Shown in pieces: positions 12,022 through 24,400 of a DNA stretch of 64,000 nt. A model generated the notes under the pieces. The model saw only the letters and a list, made by a program, of their open reading frames with translations. It did not search any database and was not told where the DNA came from. This DNA is from Basidiobolus meristosporus CBS 931.73 (taxonomy: Eukaryota > Fungi > Basidiobolomycota): the NCBI GenBank assembly GCA_002104905.1, contig MCFE01000120.1, positions 62,001-126,000 on the forward strand, written 5' to 3'. Made by a program: the position numbers and the translations under genes. Each line of letters opens with the position of its first letter. Position 1 is the first letter of the stretch.

Positions 12022-13034
12022 GATCCCATAAAAAGGTCATCACAAAGTTAAAGTCCTGTGACTAAAAGGTACTGATCTTGTTGGGACACTGTCTGCAGAC
12101 CATTGAAAAATAACAGCACCCCAGATTTCACCAAAAAATTTGTCAAAATTTTTCATTGCAACAATGTATAAGTGGCTTTAGTTTGTTTCCCTGCCAATTT
12201 GCTCACTTTCTGATCCTGGACACTCTATTGCCTCCTACATTTGTGTGAATTGGTTGCTATTGCCTCTTTTTCACACCTCCTACCTCCTGACTGAACTGTT
12301 TCTCTTACTTTTCATGCGCACAAATTGATTTATTTCCATTGAAACTTCAGTTGTGCCTCATTTGCCAATTGTATTGACCTATATTTGTCTCTATACACCT
12401 CACTGATATTAAGCCCAACCCCACACTCAACAAGTAACCCCATTAAAATTGACCACTCCATAAGTATTTCTGCTGTAATGCTCTGGTTCCACAACTTTGC
12501 CCAGAACCCAACAGCTTTATGCTTCTGTTCATTCACTGGTTCCCACATGTCCTGGTCTTCAGCCAGTACTGCAAGGTCTAGCTTCTTATCTGCCAATCTT
12601 TGCAATAAATCCCTGCAATATTCCAGTGCATTTTCTTGAGCACTGCTTTTGAAGAAGAGCTGCAACCTCTTGGTGTGCCTATCAATGTTCAAAAACTCCA
12701 CTGAAGGCATTGTGATAGTCTTTCAATTTCTTGATGTTGTAGCCTTGTCTGTCAGTGGGATCTCCACTCTGTTAACAATGGAGGATGTGGAGGGTGTGGA
12801 GGCTGTGGTAGACAAATGCCTATTATAGCAAACTCATCCACCTTGCCTGAGTGTAGCTCAACCGGCTGCACTTCCAACTCTTGTGAAAACAGCTATTTTC
12901 TTGTTTGTACTTCTTCTTGGCTATGATGGGATTCAGTCTGTTCCTGGCTTGTGGCATTAATTGGCAAGACCTGCAGTTTTTTTTTATGCCTCCCTGTCTC
13001 AGGCTTGGGTAAATATTTTTTCCTTCATTACCGC

Positions 13035-13838
13035 TGTGGTAGGGTAAACATACCTCCCACAGACAAGTTTGCTCATATAGTCATTATGATATACTTATCC
13101 ATATTTTATCTTATCAGTATTATCCCATTTGTCTTTTGCCCATATTATCAGTATTATCCCCATGTGATGTTTACCCTGAATAGTTATTATCATTAGTTAT
13201 CCCAGATGCTATTCAGCTTTGTGATCAGTATATGTTTCTACATAAGGCAAGTACCTGCGTCAGTAACTGTGACACATGACCTAGGTCTGTGTTACCTTCC
13301 CTACCATTTCAATACTATATATGGTATTTCTGTGTTGCACAGGTTTCAGACTACTGATTCCTGATTGATTGAATATGCTGTGCCTTTTAGAACCTTCCAG
13401 GACATTATTGGTATATTTTTAGCTCATAGTGATGTCATTAAGAATTCCACTGATGCCTAGAATCTTCTAGAACCCTGTCATTAGTAATCACTTGGCAATC
13501 AGGAAAAGTATTTAAGGGAAAGCAATCCCTCATCAATACATCATCCCTTCTATCAGTAACACTTCTACCTTATTGATTAGCAGTTGATCACTGCACCTGC
13601 CTTCAACAGTTATCTCAGACCTGCCATCAAGGAGCTTTTCAGCGTAGTGCACAAGATACACAGAGGCCTTTGGAGACAGTTGGAGCACCTAGGAAGCTAG
13701 AGAAGCAGGAGCTTTTACCATAGTGAAATATTGACCAAGAGACCAGCAGTTTGGACACATAGGTGTATTGCACCCATCAGACACCTCACACACCTTGAGT
13801 TGTGTAGCTTCTCCCAGGAGTACCTCTACACTACCACA
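13035..13838 (+). repeat. Solo LTR family D copy 1 (804 bp), TSD CCGC
   Basis: TGTGGTAGGG...ACCACA, perfect 4-bp TSD, near-identical to 33827-34630; resembles the reverse complement of family E LTRs. Confidence 0.9.
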
Positions 13839-14595
13839 CCGCCAGGTCTTTCACTGCTACTTTGTCTGAGTGCTTCCTGTAAAGAACCATGTTTTCTCCA
13901 AGATAAATTCTGCTGTGACACATGTGTTTTAGCCTGCTGGTCCCTTGCTGGCACTCTTCTGGCTACCTGACGTTTCTTTTCCACTTGCTTTGAGCCCTCA
14001 ACTGCAGTTGTGACAGGCTCCTGTAAAAGCAGCTGGTTTTTATCACTGTCAGGTCCTTCATGGCTACTTTGACTGGGTGCTTCTTGAGTAGTACTACACT
14101 TTTTCCTTGATAAATTTTGTGTGGTGCATCCATGTCTGCCTGCTTGTCCCTAATTTGCTCACTTCCTGCTACCTGATGTCTTTTTGATGCTTGTCTACGG
14201 CTTTTGGCCCTGCTTGTAATGGGCTCTTGAGGAAGCTGCTGGTTTTATGCCTTGGCACTCTTGTTCTCCAGCCTTTGATAGTTTCTGCTATTCTTAAGAT
14301 ACCTTCTTAGCATACCAGTGCTGGTACAAAATCTATTTGCCTGTTTGAATCCTGGATAATGCTCATGGAGCAAGTCAAGTGCATTCTGCTTGGCCTTGAG
14401 TTCCCAATGATCCCATGATAAGCCAGCCTCAGGTGATGGCATGCTAGACTTCTGATGGCCTCCTGTATATAAGCCCACTCTTCAATATTGCACTCAATGG
14501 CTTCACAGATCTTCAATATCATTTGACTTCTAGGCTTTGGTATAAACACCACATTGTCTCCCTCCCACACTATGATAGATTCCTCTGCGGGCAAT

Positions 14596-14787
14596 AGACT
14601 TGTTCCATGATTCCAGCTGATCATAGTGCACAATAGTGCCATAGCATGCCAGATGGTGCCTGATCATGCCACAGAGTGCCAGATGGTGCCATACAGTGCC
14701 AATTTGGGATCAAAATTGACAGGCATATGACTCTAAAATATCAAATTAATAACAAAATATACATCAATGGCACAAGGGAACAGGTCT
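14596..14787. mobile_element. MITE (192 bp), TIR AGACTTGTTCC, TSD AAT
   Basis: AAT|AGACTTGTTCCAT...GGGAACAGGTCT|AAT inside CACTA ORF2. Internal ~10-bp units ending TGCC; second copy at 21272-21482. Confidence 0.85.
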
Positions 14788-15830
14788 AATATCTTTGGGC
14801 ACTGTTGTTGTGCTTTAAAGGCTGTACAGTGTTTTGCTGCTGTTACATTCTGAAATGGCGCAGTTCTTGGCTGTGACACTGAGCTTCTTGAGTTCCTTCT
14901 TTACAGCAAAGATACTGCTTTCTCTACCTGGGATATTAATTGCTCTAAACGTATTATCTGCTCATCCTGTTACTGGGCTATTTCCAGATTTCTCTGGGCC
15001 ATTGCATCTATCCTATCAGACACTGCACCTAATTGCTTCATTAATGCTGTGGTATGAGCTGGCAACATACTTGCTAATATGGGTGGTAGTGATGTTATCT
15101 TGGCCACTTGTTGTTCCTCAACTGAGGGTACTGTGTTTACTACATTCTCATCTGCCTCAGCATACTGGTGAGCTTGTGACTCTGCAGAGATTCTCATTTG
15201 CCTACTTGACTGAGAGCCTGAGGAGTCTGCATTATTACCTTCAATGGGCACACTGTCCACAGGGCCTTTTTTGGATGTAGCCATGGTTGTAGCACCAAAT
15301 GTCAAAGCAAGCTGTTGTCCAACCATTCTTCTGTTGCTGTCAGCAGTAGGGCTGGGTTGAGAACCAGACAACTTTGCTTTGTTTTTTGGCAGCCTATGTA
15401 TGGAAGTGAGTAAAACCAAACGTGAAATAGTGTTACATGTACATGTGTATGTGGTGCCACAACTTTATTTATAATGCTTACTATGGTGGGTCATCATTGA
15501 ATCATACATTCATATAGGTGCAATGTCTCAAATACCAGACTTTCTTAAGTTCACATGAGTATTGACCAAAAAGTGATTTAATATCATTATATTGTTGAAG
15601 GTCAAGCTGTTTGCCCCATGGACAAGACTACTTTGACTCAACACTGGAAGAGAAGAGAAAAAAGACCATGTGGCTATTGTGGCAAGCCTCTCAGCCATGA
15701 TGCATGCAGACAGCATAGGAAGTATTACAAGGATCATGGCCAGTGTTTTGTCACCCAAGTCATATTTGACCATTCATTGGTCACTACTGTACCAATATTA
15801 TCTTGCTGGCTAGTTGATACCTCTTGCAAA

Positions 15831-17075
15831 GTTGCCATATACCTTGTATTGCTGGTAACATATGCATCTTGCAAGCATATGCTTGTTGCCACCACTTCTG
15901 CATGAAATACCTCATGTTTATCCCCAAAGAACTTTTAGGTATTTGCCAATATATTTCTGCTCCCTGCTGGATTCTGGTCCCCCATATAGGTGTGCTCCAT
16001 CACTTATTTGTGTGAATTCTTTATTGAATGGTGCAAAAATTGGCTTGCAACTAAGAGAAATCCGGTATACCTTGGAAGCATTCTGCTAATAGAGATAGTT
16101 TCTTGTTGCACCTAACCCAACTTTGCATTACTCAACTGATTACCCACACATTGGGGCTGCTTAGCTTCTTAGTGCCATAGGTATAAGTGTCCCACATGCA
16201 CATCTGTTGTCAGTATTTTACAACTCTTTCAGGCTGTCCTCTATGTGACAACTCATCATGTTCATGACAGGCTTGAAGGTAATTTTATTGATGAGATTGT
16301 GATATGGTAGTACCTACAACTTGACTTGTCTTCCTATCTCCCCACACATCTACTGCATAGGAAACTCCCAAAAGATGAAGCAAGGTCCACTATTCTCAAC
16401 ACACCAAGCAAGATGGAGTACAAATGGATACAGTAGCAGCAGAGTTCTACATGTTCAGCTATATGCATGTACTATAGTTGCTTGAATCCTGTCACAAACT
16501 GTTTGTACAAAAGCTGTAGATGTATCAAGTTGAAATTGGTGATTCCCTTCTGGATGTTTATTCCTACAATGTCCACATATAAATTCCAATGCTTCCAATG
16601 TACTCTCTGCAGAAATGGCTTTAGAAGGCCACTTAAAAATACACATATCCAGTTAATCCAGTACTTGCACTTGTATTGGTGTATATCTGTATGTATGCTG
16701 ATTGGAGCCCATGAGAAATACTTGGGATAGTGGATATTTTGTGATATCTTGCCAATTTTTTCAAATTTCTCTGGCATCTCAAAGGGCTCATTCAGCTTGA
16801 AATGCCCCTTGTACAACTTGGTCATCAGTAAAGGGATAATGTTGAAAAGCAAATGCATTGCTTCCAGTGCAAAGCTTTTGCACCAACCGGTACCTTTATC
16901 TTAAGTATCTCTAGTTTCTGATTAATTTCATATTCTGGCAAATGGCTCATAGCTAGCCAACTTTTGTATAATTGCATGCCAACTTCTGTGCATTGTTTCT
17001 GCCAAAAGATTATGTTTTTAGTATAGGTGCTTGGGTAACAATAATGTGTGTCAGTTATGGAGTAAGTCCCCTGGA
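15831..17075 (-). pseudogene. CACTA/EnSpm (Tnp2-like) transposase, C-terminal half of the outer copy
   Basis: ORF 16472-16858 HLLFNIIPLLMTKLY...YPKYFSWAPISIH...YKCKYWINW; downstream CVENSGPCFIFWEFPM. Frameshifts and stops present. Confidence 0.85.
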
Positions 17076-18124
17076 CCCTATGAAAAATAACTTGGTGCTG
17101 CTAGTGGATCCAATCCAGACCCGCCATCAGGATCCCATTGAGAGACAATCATAATACCAGCAGCTTGGAATTAGTAACCCTCCTTACATTTGTTCAAGTC
17201 AGTGTTTTGCTAATCATGCAACCAACTAAAGGGATAAAACTTGACAATATTTTATTGGTGCTATGAAAAAATTAATATGGTATTGTTGTGGTCTTTTAGC
17301 ACTCTATAACTATTTTAAGTGGATCCAGTTGGCCAGGACATCCAATTACCTTATATGGCAAGAAATGTGATGGTACTTTGATGGCCTCACAGAAAGACTC
17401 TGATAGTATTATAATGGCAGTTTGACAGCCTGTTGTATCCAAGAGAAAAGTGAAATAAAACTCTTGAATGAGTTAACTGAACCCAAGTGACAACTAAGTG
17501 CAGAATCTTAGAATTGTCAAGCGTAACAGAAATATTAGCAGGGAAGTTCTGGTCTAATACTGGTTTTGTATGTAGCTGAGTTGGGCTATAAATGCAACAG
17601 AGTTGGTTTGCTATACAGGCTAGGCTTGGTGTTCTTGGGAATGCTAGATATGCTAAGCTTGGGTGAAAACTAGAACAGAATTGCTGAATTCTTAATTTTG
17701 CTAAGGCACAATCTTAATTTTGTTGAGACACACACTAAACCAAATGGTTCAGTAATCTTTATATGTTTCTGATCAAGTGGAATCAGTGGGCGCTAAGAGA
17801 CTGGACTAATTGAAATCTGTTGTGGTGTTGATAGGTGCATAAGATAAATGGAAATTTGCATCATTAACCAGCTGATGTCTTGGCAACTGCTAGGTGGTTG
17901 GATATATCTTGGATGACTAATCCGTTGGAAAGGCTTAGCAGATTAGTTGAGGACGTAATCACCACATGAGAATTGATCAGGTGTGACAGCTTAGAAATAG
18001 CTTTGGAGAAGTGATAGAATAAACCATAACCAGGATTTGTTATATTGGGTTAAGGAGAATCAGTAAGGGTACAAGATTTCTAACAGAGTGAAATTGGCTA
18101 AGTTTTATATGTTGATGCATAACA

Positions 18125-18340
18125 TCACTTGCTCCTGGGTGAGGAGTTTTCCAATACCCTCTGGGTTCCCCTGCAGCTCCAACACTGATCAATGATGGCA
18201 ACATCTTCATAGTTGTTGTATGGTTCCCAGGTATTGTGTTTGGCATCATAACTTTTCCACTTGATTAAATAAAGGCACTTAGGTTCTTCTTCATCATGGT
18301 CAACAATAGCTTCAACTTTATAGGATCCATAAGTTACTGG
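18125..18340 (-). pseudogene. Integrase C-terminal chromodomain of Gypsy B1
   Basis: Translates YKVEAIVDHDEEEPKCLYLIKWKSYDAKHNTWEPYNNY...SPRSK*, with the stop directly abutting the 3' LTR. Confidence 0.85.
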
Positions 18341-20043
18341 GTCTTGAGATATAAGCCTGAGTGAAGAATGTGGAAGGTTTTTGGGTAGCAGTGCTCAAGT
18401 ATTGTCCTGAAGTACAAGAAATCCTCTGGTGGTACATCTGACAAATTTGAATGGGTCTTCACACTTAGGGTCAAGTTTAGATTGTTGGATTGGGTCTAGT
18501 GTCATGACATATGACCCATCAGGGAAACTGCTGTTCCTGTGTCTTGATGCGTATGTTGAAGTCATCTTTTGCTGTGAGGTCTTACTTCTGGCACTAATTG
18601 CTTGGTAGATAATGTTGGTAAGGTACCCAATCCGGTTCTTTAGCTTATATGTATTTAACTTTGCTAACTCTGTGTTCTGGTAGTCTCCAAAGTGGTTGAA
18701 TTTTTTCCAAACATCAACAAAAATAGCATCATCAATGTAGAGCAGCAATTTTGGTGTTGATAGCATACTCCATTGTTGAAATGTACTTGTCCCAAATCTT
18801 CTTGATACTTCTGATAAATTTCTGGATGATGTCCACTGAGGTCTAAACATGTCTTTCAGCAAGGCCATTAGCTTTGGGATGATAGGGAGTGATCAGATGG
18901 TGATCAGTGAGGCTATTCTGGCAAAGGACTTTGATCAGGTGATTCACAAATTCTGTTCCATTATCCAATTGAATCACCTTTGGGAATCCCAATAGGCAGA
19001 AGAGCTTGATTAGTGCTTGCGCAATAATGGCAGCATACTTGTCTGGGATAGCTTTGAGGAAGACAAAATTTGTGCAGACATCCACAGTTACAAAGAGGTA
19101 GGGATTACCATCATCACTAGTGGTGAAAGGTCCAGTTTGATCAATTGCTATGTGATCCTTGGAAGGCCTTCATGGATGGGACTCACAGGGTGAAACCCAT
19201 GTAGGCTGATATTGTAAAGCTGACATTCTCTGCAAGACTTGACAAGCTCTAGGCAGTCAGCTTTGATATTTGGCCAGTGATATCCATCATAGTGTAGCTT
19301 CTTCATAAGTGTGCTAGCTCTAAAGTGGCCAAGCAAATGACTCCTCTCTATCAATGTTTTTCTTTCATTGGCATGTGGGATACTCCAAGTTGCTGAATCC
19401 AGTTGAGGAATTATTTTGGAAGCTGTAGTGAGCTTACTGATTGCGTCAGTAATCATATTTCCCTCCCAAGGTGAAGTTGTGAAATGTCTTGAAAGATGGT
19501 CAGGCAGGATGTTGAAGATTCCTGGGCAATGAATAACTGTGTATTCATAATCAAGTAGAGAATCAAGCCAGTTGGTAAGCATTGGAGTCAGAATCTTTTG
19601 AGTATGGATATAGATGAGGGCTTGGTGGTCTGTGTACAAAGTAAAAGGGTTATTCCATAAGTACTGATGAAACTTCTTCAAGGCAAAGACTACAGCAAGT
19701 AGCTCCTTCTTGGTGGCAGAGTAGTTTTGCTCAGCAGGTTGTAGGGATCTGGCTTGGAAAGAGATCCAGTGAGGCCAATTTTGGTCTTCATACTGGTATA
19801 GGACCAGTGAGGTAGATATTGGTCTTCATCATGGTAAAGGATAGCTCCTAACCCAACATTAGAGGCATCTGTAGGAGCAACTAAAGTCTTAGTAAAGTCT
19901 GGGTAGGATAGGGTGGGTGCTGGAGGGAGTAACTGGCAGAGTAACTCAAATTCTTGGTCATGAGCCTTGTTCCAGGCTGAGGGAAGTCTAGGACTATGGT
20001 GTAGTGCATCTAATGGGGCACTCAAAGAGAACATGAGAGGTAT

Positions 20044-21126
20044 TGTGGTAATGGAAAGTATTCCATTACTGTAATATTTCTAAACCAATATGGCACTAAT
20101 TTCATTATTTTGCTTTTTGCTATTGTAACACACAAGTGAAAGATCCAGAATTTCCAACTTTGCAGGACAAATGCACCAGACCCTGACAAGCAATCCACCC
20201 AAGAATATTATGTCATACAGAATACATAGTAGCCAGCACATGTTTCAAATTACAGCTCATTTGAAGCAGTACCTAGAGAGTTATGACCAAAGGAGTCCAA
20301 TTGTTATATATATTATGCCTTATTGCTAGGATTACTCCGGTGACTTTGATCATGCGTAACTTCCAAACCAGCCAATGAAATCACTTGTGATTTTCACAGG
20401 AGCTGCACCTATGTCTGATCTGCCCCACTGCAAATTTTAGATTTGTATCATGTGTATTGCTTGTGCAATCACACAAAACCTTGATCCTTCAGAGTTTTAA
20501 TATATTTGACTTCCCCAGCTGAAAAATAAAGGGAGAGCCTCTCTTTCCAGAATCTCCACACTACAATTACAAGCTTAAAGGTCTTAAGATTTCCCCTGCA
20601 TCACTTGCACTGTTGAGTATTCTGACTTTGACTGGTACTACATCAGTAAAGAGTTTGCAAAGCACACAGGAATCCAATCTGAGTTCTACAAGAAACTACC
20701 ACTTTTCTGTTGGAAAAGTCCCCTCTAAGAAATCCCTTTACTCTAAAGACACCCCTGTACTTTAAAGACCCCTTTAGAGACTTCTACAACACACCCCTAT
20801 AGGTTAAAGGGGAGTTCAGAATTTCCATATCAGGAATTATTTTTTTCAGAAAGGAAAGTGACTTCCAAAGAAGGAAGAGTTACTATCAAAGTAAATAAGC
20901 CCATTAGTCAACAGAAGGTCAAAACACTGCTGTAGAAGTGATAAACACTGCCTATAGTATATTTTAAGCCCAAGATTGAGGAAATTAGTGACAGTCATAT
21001 CTTCTATCGGTATATCAAACTCCCAATAAACTATTCCAGTATTTGCATACTGGAAGTTGTTGTATATTGTTGATTAGCCTCTAAATTGTAGAACAAGCCC
21101 CAAACTAATCACAATACAACACAACA
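20044..21126. repeat. Family F copy 2 (1083 bp, reverse of F1), TSD GTAT/GAAT
   Basis: TGTGGTAATGG...CACAACA inserted in B1 pol. The empty site GAGAGGAATGTGTTCC in B2 (~28446) defines a 4-bp TSD. Confidence 0.85.
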
Positions 21127-21271
21127 GAATGTGTTCCCTGAAATAGTTGAAAACTCCAAGATAATGTTGGAGTTGCTTGGTACTAGTGGGTTTTGGCCAT
21201 TCAGGAATATTGACCAATTTGAAAGGGTCAAGCTGGTAGCCATCTGGTGTGACAATGAATCCAAGTAGATT

Positions 21272-21482
21272 AGACTTGTTCCATTGTGCCATTGATCATA
21301 GTGCCAGCAAGTGCTGCATATTTTGTTATTAATTTGATATTTTAGGGTCATATGCATGTCAATTTTGATCCCAAGTTGGCACTGTATGGCACTATCTGGC
21401 ACTCTGTGGCATGATCAGGCACCATCTGGCATGCTATGGCACTATTGGGCACTATGATCAGCTGGAATGATGGAACAAGTCC
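21272..21482. mobile_element. MITE copy 2 (211 bp, reverse), TSD ATT
   Basis: ATT|AGACTTGTTCCAT...ATGGAACAAGTCC|ATT in B1 RT; empty site GTAGATTGATTTT in B2 (~28590). Confidence 0.85.
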
Positions 21483-24400
21483 ATTGACTTTGAGGCAAGC
21501 AAAACCGCACTTTATCAGCATTAAGAATCAGTCCAGCAGCTGTCAGTCTATTGTTTACATCAGTGACATGGGCTGCATGATCAGCACATTTGTGGAAAAT
21601 ATGATGACATCATCAACAACTACTAAGGTGTTTGGTGCATTCTTGAGTATTGAAGTCATAACTCTCTGGAACTTGCTGGTAAGTGTCTTTAGGCCAAAGG
21701 GAGCTCCATGAAACATCCATTGCTTATTAGTCCAGGTAAAGGCAGTCTTACGCTGACAATCAGGATGGATTTGGAATTAGTGATATGCATCCTTCAAATT
21801 CAATTTGGAGAATACCTTTGCACATAATAGTGAGGAAAAGATATCCTGGATTCTTGAAGTTGGAAATTTATCATCTTGAACAAGTTTGTTCATAGGTCTA
21901 GGGTCCAAACATGGTCTCTTCAGAGTTATATTTCCATTTGCATCTTTCTTGGGTGCATGCGTCAAAGGGCTGTTGAATGTTGTGTTGAGAGGGGCTTGAA
22001 TGATAATTCCATTGTCAGCATATTTTTGGACTACTTCATCAACTAAGTGTTTACAAGAATATGGAGTTGGGTATTGCCATCTCCATGCTGACTCAGCAGG
22101 TGGGGTTTCAAGTGCAACAATGCATTCTGAGATGGTGCTCAGTAAGCAATGGATTGTCATCACTAACTCCAGCTAGTCTCATTTGTCTCTGGAATCTATC
22201 ACAGAAGTATTGCACAGATTCACCTCTTTGCATTTTTAGTTTTCCATAAGTTGCAGTTTAGATGTGGTTTCTTAAGGGGATCTTCAAAATGGCTGCAAAA
22301 GAGGTTCTGGGCAACTTTCCATGTACTATTGGAAGGAATGTTCACCACAACCCAGTCAGCATCTTACATGGTGTAACACAGAGGCAGAAGTCCAGCCAAA
22401 TTGGTGTCAGGGTCTAGCTGGTGCCCAGCCAAGACATGACTAAGCTTGTAAAGAAACTCAGTAAGACTCTTTATGGCATTGGCTCCTTCAGCATCAAGAG
22501 GCAAGGATCTTGGCACAACAACCAGGGCAGGTCTAGATGAAGATGTTAATCTGGAGGATCCAAAGGCATGACTTCTTGGTGGCTGATGCAGAGCAAGGCT
22601 TGCTGGATTTTCAGTGCTGTCAATTGCAATGGCAACATTCTCCAGGGCTTCTTTGATAATTCCAATTTCATCTTGGTAACCAGAAATGACTACAAGAAGT
22701 TCATCTCTACAATGATTGTCAGATCTTGTCTTGGTAAGCTTGGAGTGCTCAAGCATCAAAGTGTTTCTTTCATACATGATGTTTCAAGCTGATCAGTTTG
22801 TTCTTCCTGATTTCTGCAGGCCTCTTGCAGCATAGAACAACTTGGATTGCTTGCTGCTGAGGACATATTGTAAAGGGGTTGAATGTAATGGAATCCAACA
22901 AAAAAAAAGTTGTATCCAAGAGAAAAGTGAAATAAAACTTTTGAATGAGTTAACAGTACCTAAGTGAGAACTAAGTGCAGAATCTTAGAATTATCAAGGG
23001 TGACAGAAATATTAGCAGAGAGGTTCTGGTCTAATATTGGTTTTGTATGGAGTTGAGTTGGGCTATAAATGCAACAGAGTTGGCTTGCCATAGAGGCTAG
23101 GCTTGGTGTTCTTGGGAACACTAGATATGCTAGGCTTGGGTGGAAACTAGAACAGAATTTCTGAATTCTTAGTTTTGCTGAGGCACAATTGTAATTTTGT
23201 TGAGACACACACTAAACCAAAAAGTTCAGTATTCTTTATTTATATTTTACTGAGCAAGTGGATTTAGTAGGTGCCAAGAGACTGGACTAATTGCAATCTG
23301 ATTGGGTGTTGATAGGTGCATAAGATGAATGAAAAATTGCATCATTAGCCAGCTGATGTCTTGGCAACTACTCAGTGGTTGGATGGTTCTCAGATGACTA
23401 ATCCTTTAAAAAGGCTTAGCATATTAGTTGAGGACGTAATTACCACATGAGAATTGATCAGGTGTGACAGCTTAAAAATAGCTTCTGAGAAGTGATAGAA
23501 TAAACCATAATAGGGATTAGTTTTATTGGGTTAGGAAAAATCAGTTAGGGTACTAGATCTTCTAACAGAGTGTAATTGGCTAAGCTTTAAATGTTGACAA
23601 ACAACACAGCCTACCGCTGGTCTGTATAATGCTACCATACCAATTTTCCTAATGATATATGCTTTTTCTACCTCCTCTTGTGCAACTCATATATTCCAAT
23701 GTAGTATCACCCTTGTTTATTTGCTTTACCACTACTACTATGGGTATTCCGCCTATTGTTTGAATCAAAAAAACTGTGGCCTCCTGCTTACCTACCTCTA
23801 CAAATGCACACACCCGCCACAATTGGCATGCTTCTATCACCTCAACTTTACAGCTTTTGAGTGTAATACTTGCAAAGTTGCCTTATACCTTGTACTGCTG
23901 GTAACATATACATCTTGCAAACATATGCTTGGTTATTGTCAATCATGTCATGAATACCTCCTGAATATCTACAAAGAACTTCTTGGCATTTAGCCAATAT
24001 ATTCCTTCTCCCTGCTGGATTCTAGTCTCCCCCATAGGAGCACTCTGGCTTTTGTTTGTGTGAATTCTGTATTGAATGGCATCTAAATTGGCTTGTGACC
24101 ATGATAAATCCAGCATACATTGGTAGAGTTTTCCTGATAAAAATTAGTTGTTTGTAGCACCCAACCCAACTTTGCATTACTTAACTGACTACCCATGCAT
24201 TTGGGCTGCTTAGCTTCTTAATGCCATAGACATAGGTGTCTCCATGTGCACATTTGACCTTGGTAATTTCCAACTCTTTCTGGTTGCCCTCCATGTGCCA
24301 ACTCATCACATCCAGGACGGATTTGAAGGTAATTTTATTGATGAGATTGGCATTTGGTAGTACTGGTGAGTTGAATTGTCTTTCTATCTCCCCACACATA

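Larger units (their letters stand above)
10788..15830. mobile_element. CACTA copy alpha (inverted relative to 17076-35745): TIR, ORF2 on minus, transposase N-terminus on plus, truncated at about 15830
   Basis: Starts CCCTATAAAAAATTATT. ORF2 pieces 12330-12710, 14245-14478, 14970-15419; transposase start MDKTTLTQHWKRREKRPCGYCGK at 15618. Hosts F1, D1 and a MITE. Confidence 0.8.
17431..23606 (-). mobile_element. Chromoviral Gypsy family B copy 1 (LTRs 17431-18124 and ~22909-23606), TSD CAGCC, internal deletion of gag end and protease
   Basis: Perfect CAGCC/CAGCC flanks. gag 22364-22880, RT KLNLKDAYH, RH PTDASNVGLGAIL, IN DNGTEF...HPKANGLAERHV, chromodomain. Contains F2 and a MITE. Confidence 0.92.

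Noticed and set aside
14630-14705. 10-bp TGCC-ending repeats as a mini-CRISPR or coding repeat
   Set aside because: They lie inside a TIR/TSD-bounded MITE.
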